64,000 bases of DNA, taken from positions 62,001 through 126,000 of the forward strand of contig NOWV01000028.1 of the NCBI GenBank assembly GCA_003344405.1, given 5' to 3'. Below are positions 54,866 to 64,000 of this stretch, one piece after another. This DNA comes from Trichoplax sp. H2 (taxonomy: Eukaryota). Within the stretch, counting starts at the first letter, position 1; every line of letters begins with the position of its first letter. The notes below the pieces were generated by a model. It searched no databases and had not been told where the DNA came from. It saw nothing but the letters and a program-made list of their open reading frames with translations. Position numbers and translations under genes: made by a program.

Positions 54866-56405
54866 ATGGAAAATGGAAACTCCAGAAATTCAACTAATAA
54901 TTCGACATTTTTCGTTCACTTGTTAATCGCTTTCCGTGTATCGACGATTATCATTAGTATATTAATCGTTGCTATTAATCTCTTTTTCTTTCTCTTTATT
55001 ATGTTTTGTAAAACGTTGAGAACACCGTCTAATGTTCTTATTCTGTCTATAAATTTATCTTGCATTATTGCTGCTTTCACATTTATTTTACCTATTGCCA
55101 TCGTTAGAGGTGTCAACATACCTCTAGTATGCATCATATTTTTGCCTCTTGGTGACTCATCAGCACTCATGGTTAATATCCATGCATGCTTAATATGTCT
55201 AGAACATTATTGCATGTAATTCTGATTTTATTTAAGATACAAACGTATTTAAATAAACATACAGACAGGGCTCACTGTTTGGCTACGTAAACGTCCAAAC
55301 GCCCCTCTCTAAAAAAGTACAATACTCATTAGAGGCAATATAAATCAATTGGTATACGTTGATACCTTTACAGTACACAGTACTGTATTATCTGTTCTAT
55401 AGAACAATAAGAGTGATAACAACATTAATAGTACAATAATGGGATATAGAGTTACCATACTGTATCACGCCAAAGTAGATATACAGGTATAGATATAAAA
55501 TCACAACAAACATCAGTATGAGCTATATCAGATAATGTACATGAATAAATATGAATAAAACCACCAAAATAGGAATACCATAACCAATAAATATTTGCGC
55601 TGATTTTGGATTATAACAATAAATCTTCTGCATATTAACACTGGACTCAGTTTCAACTTCAATTTGTCATCTAAATCGCCAACAGAACTATATCGTATCG
55701 CATTTTATATCAGGTTGTACAATTCGACAAATAACAGTCATAATCTCATATAACAGTAATAGCGATATAAATAATAACGTTCCAGACGGCTTGACACACC
55801 CGTTCCATTATCAACGCTATATATCGAACAAAGTAGTTATTGGTTGTTGTATCATATTATGGATTTTGGTTCTCGGATTAATTACAGCTTTGTACGTCAT
55901 CTTAGACAACTTGCAATGCCCAGATTGGACTGCTAATTTAGCCCAGGACAGAAAAAGATTAATTATCTATACAGTTGTAGCATCGGTGATGACTGGTTTA
56001 CCTTTAATAACTATGTTATATACTTATCTGAAATTACATTATTTTATATTACAACATTTAATACGAATTGATAGTGAAATCAGCCATTTTAACCGTGAAA
56101 CCATCATTACTAGGAAGCATAAGGTTTTAAGAAGAATGCTATTCTTGCTAATCAACTTTTCTGTATGCTGGCTACCCATCTTAATAACTACATTAATTAT
56201 CTTTAGATTTGGCTATAAATCCCAGATCTTAATTGCTATACGTAACATTAGTTTCGCTGTAACTTATCTATATTCATTAGCTGGCCCTTTAGGATACATT
56301 TTTTGCTGTCCAGATATCGCGAAAAAGTTGCGTCGATGGTGGGTAGCGATATGGTCTCATCGGGCTTGGCCTTCTTCAGCGAAGGTTGGTAATGTCGCTC
56401 GCTGA
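54866..56405 (+). pseudogene. Rhodopsin-family GPCR interrupted after TM3 by a ~574-bp insertion (disrupted, or possibly spliced)
   Basis: 5' half MENGNSRNSTNN...LRTPSN...VNIHACLICLEHYC and 3' half LTHPFHYQRYI...CWLP...PLGY are each open and together colinear with the uninterrupted paralogue at 63269 (IERYLYLIHPFFHQRFI). Confidence 0.8.
55215..55788. mobile_element. Insertion within the GPCR coding sequence, boundaries +/-2 bp
   Basis: Non-coding sequence absent from the paralogue; left end TGTAATTCTGATTTTATT (reads AATAAAATCAGAATTACA on the minus strand); no TSD seen. Confidence 0.6.
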
Positions 56406-57597
56406 GTTACTGATGTAAATTCATTGTGTTAATCGACTTGTATTCTGGTAAATCTTTGCCTCGTAGTCGATAATCCATTACTATATTGTATAAGGATATC
56501 ACGGACCAATTTTAACTACAGTTCTAACTTTAAGCGGCCTTTACAATTTTTTAAATAAAATGCAATCAATTTTTTTTGGAGGTTTTATCATGTTATAAAG
56601 CGTGTTTAAGGTATATATATAGCATTTTACTAAGTAGGATAACTGTATTCGTGATCGCTCATTTACTCAAAAGTATAGAGAGCATCTTTGTAAGATTTGT
56701 CTTAAATATGTAGTAGTTATTTTTACAACCTCAGGTCTTTTTCTTCAATCGATTATTTCTTTGTGTGATCATTTTCAATTATAGACATGAACTGTTCGTT
56801 AATTATTTATTTTGACATTTACTATGGTAAACTTATTACATGTGGTAACTACTTTACAACTCGAAAGGGTTGCTAAACAGGAATTTTTAGTATATAAACC
56901 TTAAGCTATCTTTACATAGTCGGTGGGTCACTGCTACAAGTGATGCCTTTTCTGTACAAAACCTGTAACTGAACGACCAGCGGCATTTGATAGCTAGATG
57001 CTGGCGACGAGCTACTGAAAATATCTAATTTTATATTTTTGGCCGTTCGTAGCTTAGACAATTATGATTATAAACCGTATGTAACATCCTATACATTAAG
57101 CGACAACGCTTCTCCTTGTTTAAGCTAAATTCGCATCGTAATAATTAGCAAATGCTAAAAATTAAACCTTATTTTTCGTAGTCCTTAATATCTAGAAATT
57201 ATGCTATTGACAACTAGTATTAATCGAACAGACTATTAATTGCATATGCTGAACTGAAGCACTTGTGATATTAAGAAAAGGAAATTGCTCATGGAAGTGG
57301 AAATAATTTGTTGTGGCTTTAACTAAAAATACGAAGCTAATATGCAGCATCTATTAAATATGCTTGGTTGTTTGCCATTAGTTAATTGTCTTAGGAAATA
57401 AAAGAATATTCAGTCAACTTTTGACGAAAGTTATTCTACAGTTTACTTTTAAATTTGACGTCTGATTATTAACAATTATAAATTATGCAAATATTGCTAT
57501 TGTCCAATATATATTATGCGGTCAGCATTAATGATTATTGTCGAACATGACATGGTGGAAATTGATAAACATGTATGCAGCGAAAATTATACTCATT

Positions 57598-58420
57598 TGT
57601 CACACGCCACTAGTGACAAAGTAGTCTACACACGCCAATCCTTGCGGAGAACGCCACCTACTAACTTAAAGAGGCGAGATTAGCTATATCACCAAATAAT
57701 TCAGTTCCGATGACCGAATAGTATAGTGTATTTATAGTGCCACTGATAGTGTAGATGAGGTAGTCAGAGATTTACTACTGTTTATTACTGAAGAAATCTT
57801 GGCACCCAAGATTATAGTCTTTACAATTCAATCACCACCTTATATACTGTACAATACAGTACCTATACTGATCTAGTACGGAACAGAACTAGTGCAGTTA
57901 AGCTCTGATAAGGTTGCAATACAACCGGTATGAATACAATACAAGAAATCATATAATTAGATACAGAGACGCTAGTAAATCCGTAACAGCAATATTTAGG
58001 CATGATCTGATATGCGATATAATCGTGAAATGGATTACGGTTTATATAGTCAGTCTAGACGGATATAGGAAAATTAATCTTATATTGAGATAGAAACCAC
58101 AAGAGTAAATAGTAGGATAGTGACACCGGTCGGGACAGGATCAGTGATGTCCAAGATAGTATATGTAGGCGATAGGATAATGGAATGCTATTAGTAGACA
58201 AAAATAAAGTATATGAAATATACTCATATATGGAGTTGTTAGTAATAGCCTTCAGTGAGAAGATGAAATGCTCAGGTAGTGTGATACCACAAGGTCTCAT
58301 TAATGAAGGATTGACTAAGAAGAGCAGTTGACAAACATATTAATCAATATGTATAGTAAGTATATAAAAGACTTATTTATTTCTTAAGAAAACCAGTCTG
58401 AGTTCTAGCGGTGTACTCAA
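57598..58420 (+). mobile_element. Possible degenerate LTR-like element; right end undefined
   Basis: Begins TGTCACACG, similar to the TGTCACAACG terminus at 42954; locally less AT-rich; GTATATAAAAG near 58361; no matching right terminus or TSD found. Confidence 0.3.
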
Positions 58421-59842
58421 TTACGTTGTCTAATTGCTACTACCGTTATTTCAGCAATAAAAATTTAACTGATAAACTGTTTTTATCCACTGGGATTGGA
58501 GGGCACTTCTTATGAGATTTGTCATTAGTGTAGGAATAGGATAAGGTAGTTAATAAACAAACTTTTGTGTAGAAGACTAGAAATGTCCAATAGGACTAGC
58601 TTCCGATAAAATCAGAGTATACTACAGATTGTCTATTTAAGTATCGATGTAATATGATTATTATTTATTTATCTAACATTAAAAAATGACTGATTTCGCG
58701 TCCAGCCTCTTTCATATATATGTTTGCATAAATAATTATGGCAAAAATCTAAGGTATTCACTATTATGACCTTACAGTTATAAACAAATGGAATATCTAA
58801 ATTAAGAAAATATTTTAGCAACGACATTGTTTAACGTTGAAGACAATATTTACAAATGTCCGTTCGTGAAATAAAATAAAAGACATCAATTAATATGCCT
58901 TCCTCATTCTCTTATTAAAATTTAAGATGCAGCTATAACTTTAATAGCTAGAAAATGAAATGAACTTTTCGTTATTATGTAACACTAAATACGTTTTTGT
59001 TACGTTTTCGAAACTCTTCTACTTTGTAACAGCGAAGATTTGCTAAATATCTTCAGACGAGTCTAGTAGAGCTAGAATATTGAGCTAAATTTTATTTTCC
59101 CTACTATAGCGTTATACAGTCGAACAAATCTAACGGTTTACTAACCACATATTGCAAATACCAACGAGGGTGATAACATTCTTACAAATAAGATAACAGC
59201 CGATAATCAATTTTATAACAAATGATAACATATCAGAAACGTATTCAGGCAACTATTTCATCTACAACCTCTTTTATGAACTTACATACCGCAAGTTTTA
59301 TGCGTAAGTGATTCTGCTACTATAGTCAGACAGAGTAAGTTAAATTTATAGAAAGCTTATACTATTGAGACAGTATCAACATAACTAATGAAAATCTCGT
59401 TTCGTAACAGTTTGTTAACAATCCTTTTATCATATCTCATTTATTGTGAATCGGTACATATAAACTGCAAACTAAATTGAAAGGTTAGACTATTGTCTAA
59501 GATACCATATTCTAATTGAAGAAACTTCATATCAAATATTTTCTCCATAATTGTACGCCCATAATTTTAATCTGTTTACGCGAGGTACTTACAATAGCTA
59601 TAGCCTAAATTATTCTAGATGAAGTGATAGTATCTGACTTACGCAATCAGTAAAACGTATGAAGTACAATTTTTATATGCAGCTCATAGGATTAGTTAAA
59701 TTCTATTTCATACAAGGCTACTAAAAGCACTAAAAGATAAAGTAATCTATTCATTCACCAAATCTTATTAAATCGAAGGGATAATTTCTGTTTGCAACAC
59801 AATAAAATTGCGGTAAATATACNNNNNNNNNNNNNNNNNNNN

Positions 59843-59994
59843 TACTGTATATAGTCATCTGTACTCTAGCATAGAAGTCTCTACCACTACAGTCTATAGT
59901 TACAGCTACCAAATATCTCTTAGGATAAATATCTACCGTACATTATACTAAAGATGGCTAACAGTCTACAATCACAATACTAAGTTACATTACA
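59843..59994. mobile_element. One end of a haplotype-specific insertion ending ...CATTACA (LTR-like), cut by gap
   Basis: 59677-59822 is repeated at 59995-60140; copy 1 is preceded by ttttat, copy 2 by unrelated sequence ending TTACA. Confidence 0.55.
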
Positions 59995-60625
59995 ATGCAG
60001 CTCATAGGATTAGTTAAATTCTATTTCATACAAGGCTATTAAAAGCACTAAAAGATAAAGTAATCTATTTATTCACCAAACCTTATTAAATCGAAGGGAT
60101 AATTTCTGTTTGCAACACAATAAAATTGCGGTAAATATACAGAATATTCTCGCGTAATTCCATACTTTACGATTAACATATTGGCGGTAAAGATTTTCTT
60201 AATTCATTAATCTGTTATATACGAAAATAGTCATTGGGTTATGCTTCTTTTCCTTATATAACAGCGATTTTATCGATATAAATTTTTAATTTTAGCCAGT
60301 TTTTAAACGCCCAGTAATAAAATGTAGATAACAGTATTGAACTATCCCTAACAGCCAAAACGCTGGCAAACTTAAACAATTATGCACAGTATTCCTAATC
60401 AAAAATTGCTGCATAACGGATAGTTTAGATTTAAATCAGTTTCGATAGCCTTTATTTACAGATATTAGCGAATTTTCAGTGCACATAAAGAAATAGTTTA
60501 AAGATATATACTGTATTTAAGGTGCAATAATATTTATATATCAAGCAGCTTCCCTACTTGATTGTAATCTCATGTAACTGTCTAAAATTAATCATAATTC
60601 TTTATGCAAGAAAATCAAAAACGTG

Positions 60626-62081
60626 TGTAATGAAATGAAAAGTGTAGAGATCAAGCTACGAAACTTTAACAAACTTTGTTCTACTTTCGTTGCACTCCGG
60701 TCGACTTAATGCTAATACTTTGACACCAAATAAAATTTGGAGAAATAACCGAACTACAATTTATTTCAAAACAAAAATGGAGAGAAGTATGAACCGAACA
60801 ACCTTACAAATACTTAGCTTTAAGTATTATTAAAATAAATGACAGACTTAAAAACTGTCAACGACCAAACAACCTTTCAAAAAGAAGAACGTTTTAACTT
60901 ACGACAATTCGACCCCGAAGGCCTTTTAAATTCAACAAGTTCTTCAAATAAAATCTTCTTCTACTCTCTCTCTAAATTTTCTAATTGCACTATCATTTAT
61001 AGGCTTCGTAGAGCCGTCAGAGGTATTTAAAACTAAACATTTGCTAACCAATCGCTCTTAAGATGCGTTTTAGAAAACTACTTTGCACCATTTAAGAAAA
61101 CAAAAATCATTCAAAATTCAGACACAATTTACCCTACGATTCCCTTACAAAACACTATAAAAGTAACAAGCTAACTATAAAAATACATCAAACTTCATTT
61201 CTAACATAATTTCTATCATTAATACACTATAAAAGTCTGAAAATCAACCTTTAAACATCAAGATTTAGTCATAAAAACAACATTCTAACTACCTAACTAT
61301 CAACACAACTTTCTGCCAATTTCCGTCTTATTTTCTATTTTTCCTCACGAAATCTCCTAATGTGACTTCAAGTCACGTCATAAAATTACAAAGTTTCAAA
61401 TTCATAACAAAAAGTCCAAATCTCAAAAATCAACTCTTACGATATTTTTCATGAACAAAAATCCGAAAATTAAAACAGAAAAATTATAATTCAGACATAA
61501 ATTAAAAATAAACCCGACCGGTTCCAAAACAGGAAAATTATATCGGACACAAACCCGACCGGTCTCAGAATCCGAAAAACTATATCGGACACAAATCCGG
61601 AAAAATTCGCTTTTTATGAAGATCACAGTAATCGCTTATCAAAAAAAATTTATATGACTACTACGACTACTTTTCTGACATTAGTATCGCTTAGTATTCG
61701 CGAGTATTGACAGTTGATGTTTTTGCGTCAGATTATACTGTAACTGTACGAGTATAGACTACATTACAGTACTTTATCGTCATGTTATAAATCCCCTTTC
61801 TCTAAGGATAGGGTTTTGCTACTAAGTCAAATTTCTTTACAATTTGAATAGACGATCAAACGCCCTTTCTTTAGATTAGGCACTTGCTCTATAGGGCTAC
61901 TTCTATAGTAATCTATATAATATCTTGTAAAATAATGAAGAAGAAAAGATGGCGACATGATGATTTGTCAGGGTAAAACTTAAAGACACTATCACTTTCT
62001 ATGTATTTTCTATAGTAAAATAATACTAATTACATACTAAATAAAACTACAAAGGACTCTACTTTTAGTCCTTTTACTACA
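60626..62081 (+). mobile_element. 1456-bp solo-LTR-like element with 4-bp TSD CGTG; empty allele at 62417-62420
   Basis: aaaaa cgtg|TGTAATG ... ACTACA|cgtg gacattg versus empty aaaaa cgtg gacattg; TATAAAT near 61786, AATAAA near 62040; internal direct repeats at 61511-61600. Confidence 0.9.
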
Positions 62082-63268
62082 CGTGGACATTGATAAAGTA
62101 ATGTAGCAAAGAGTATCCGTTTTGTCTTTTATGATCTAAGCTTTCTTGTGGCACGTCTTTCAGTTATAGATTTTTCTTAATCCTCCAAATAGTCTGTATA
62201 TAATAGTAATGTGTATGCAATGCTAAAATATTGTACTTGCTAATGCTAAAGNNNNNNNNNNNNNNNNNNNNCAGTGCACATAAAGAAATAGTTTAAAGAT
62301 ATATACTGTATTTAAGGTGCAATAATATTTATATATCAAGCAGCTTCCCTACTTGATTGTAATCTCATGTAACTGTCTAAAATTAATCATAATTCTTTAT
62401 GCAAGAAAATCAAAAACGTGGACATTGATAAAGTAATGTAGCAAAGAGTATCCGTTTTGTCTTTTATGATCTAAGCTTTCTTGTGGCACGTCTTTCAGTT
62501 ATAGATTTTTCTTAATCCTCCAAATAGTCTGTATATAATAGTAATGTGTATACAATGCTAAAATATTGTACTTGCTAATGCTAAAGCATTTATTGCCCTA
62601 TTTTATCAGTTATGTACACTAATTATAAAGTCTATAACTTGCTAGTATAATTAATTAAGTAAAGTAGGTTTTGCATACTTTGTTTTTATATAAATTCTAT
62701 TAGTTGAGCAATGCAGTATTGCTGCTTTCAAAACTATCCAATTTTCCGGGCAATATAGGGTTCGATGTCAAATTTTTATGTTTAGCATAATAGATGTTTT
62801 AATGTTTAATTTCAATATTTAATACTATTATTGCATTATTTACTTCGTACAACACATCAATTGGCAAACTAATTCCCATATTAAATTATTCTAGACTACA
62901 GAATGAGAAACGCCAATAAGGATCAAGATGGATCTTATTCATAAGAAATCAATATTGTAATTTTGTCACTTTAATATATCCAATTATCATCAGCCCATTT
63001 AAATATGCGACAATATAGAAAGATATAGACTCTACGCTTGATATAGGATATATAAATTATGGTCTAATATATATCTTACATTCATCCGGCATTTTCTTTG
63101 TAAATCTTTTTCAGTATCAGCTGGCATGTAAAAGAATTTTATTGTGGCGATTCCGATAAAAATCTATTATCTACAAAAGTAAAACCTTCTTGTAAAGAAT
63201 TCGGTTAACCATTATATTGTCAACAAAGATATTTCTCATTTAGATCTCGTGAACTAACTGCTACAAAA

Positions 63269-64000
63269 ATGAATAACGTAACAGTTTCAGTTGAAACTTA
63301 CGATGCGCTATCGGTCGTATTTCGGATATTTACTATATCTGTAGGTTCTGCAATACTGGTGAGTGATGCATTTTTATTCGTATTTATTTTGTCGTATAAG
63401 AGTTTAAGAACTCCGTCGAATTTGGTGGTAGTCTCTATGGTTGTAGCTTCAATAATGATGGCAATCACCTTTGTTCTACCAATGGCAATATTTATAGATA
63501 CGACAGGAGAAATATCCAACGATATGATATGTGCTATATTAATGCCTCTAGGTGAATGTTCGTGCCTTATTGTCAATATTCATAACTGCTTACTATGCAT
63601 CGAACGCTATCTCTATCTCATTCATCCTTTCTTCCATCAACGATTTATTAGTAGTAAATTCGTAGTAATAACTATTGCAGCCATTTGGATCTTGAGTACT
63701 TCTTTGATCTATCTGATCCGTGGTGTTACTAAAGAATTAAATTACCCTGATTGGAGAATTGATTCCGAAAAATCTCATCAACATCTCACTACTTTAAGTA
63801 TTTTCGGGGCCCTGATGATTGGCCTTCCGCTGTTAACAATGATTACAACCTACAGCAGATTGCTTTACTTCATATCGCAACACGTTAAACGTATAGATAG
63901 TGAAGTAAGTCAATTTAATGGAGAAGTTGTTCCTAGTAATAGACGCCGATCTATGGCAAAAATGATTTTCTTAATTGGTGTATTTACGCTGTGCTGGCTA
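63269..64000 (+). CDS. Intronless rhodopsin-family GPCR, runs off the window in TM6
   Basis: Open frame MNNVTVSVETY...KSLRTPSN...IERYLYLIHPF...AIWIL...GLPLLTM...FTLCWL; paralogue of 54866-56405. Absent from the ORF track because there is no stop in the window. Confidence 0.9.
   Translation, partial: MNNVTVSVETYDALSVVFRIFTISVGSAILVSDAFLFVFILSYKSLRTPSNLVVVSMVVASIMMAITFVLPMAIFIDTTGEISNDMICAILMPLGECSCLIVNIHNCLLCIERYLYLIHPFFHQRFISSKFVVITIAAIWILSTSLIYLIRGVTKELNYPDWRIDSEKSHQHLTTLSIFGALMIGLPLLTMITTYSRLLYFISQHVKRIDSEVSQFNGEVVPSNRRRSMAKMIFLIGVFTLCWL

Overview
AT-rich, intron-dense animal genomic DNA. Short GT-AG introns, gene content and an intronless rhodopsin-family GPCR array suggest a placozoan such as Trichoplax (inference). 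The left ~40 kb is a compact block of conserved genes: ING4/5 3' part, UBIAD1, CPTP head-to-head with INTS11, SRM, and NPHP4 head-to-head with WDR70. Five of these have human orthologues on 1p36, and the CPTP/INTS11 divergent pair is arranged as in human. All four visible promoter regions in this block carry an array of CAGTA/TACTG pentamers, which is absent immediately upstream of the GPCRs. The right ~23 kb is an accessory GPCR cluster: one intact gene, one pseudogene, one gene split by a ~574-bp insertion, and one running off the window. Around the short N-gaps both haplotypes appear to be assembled in tandem, exposing several presence/absence-polymorphic solo-LTR-like insertions, two of them with complete TG...CA termini, target-site duplications and the empty allele. 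All homology calls are from recognition of translated sequence; no searches were run.
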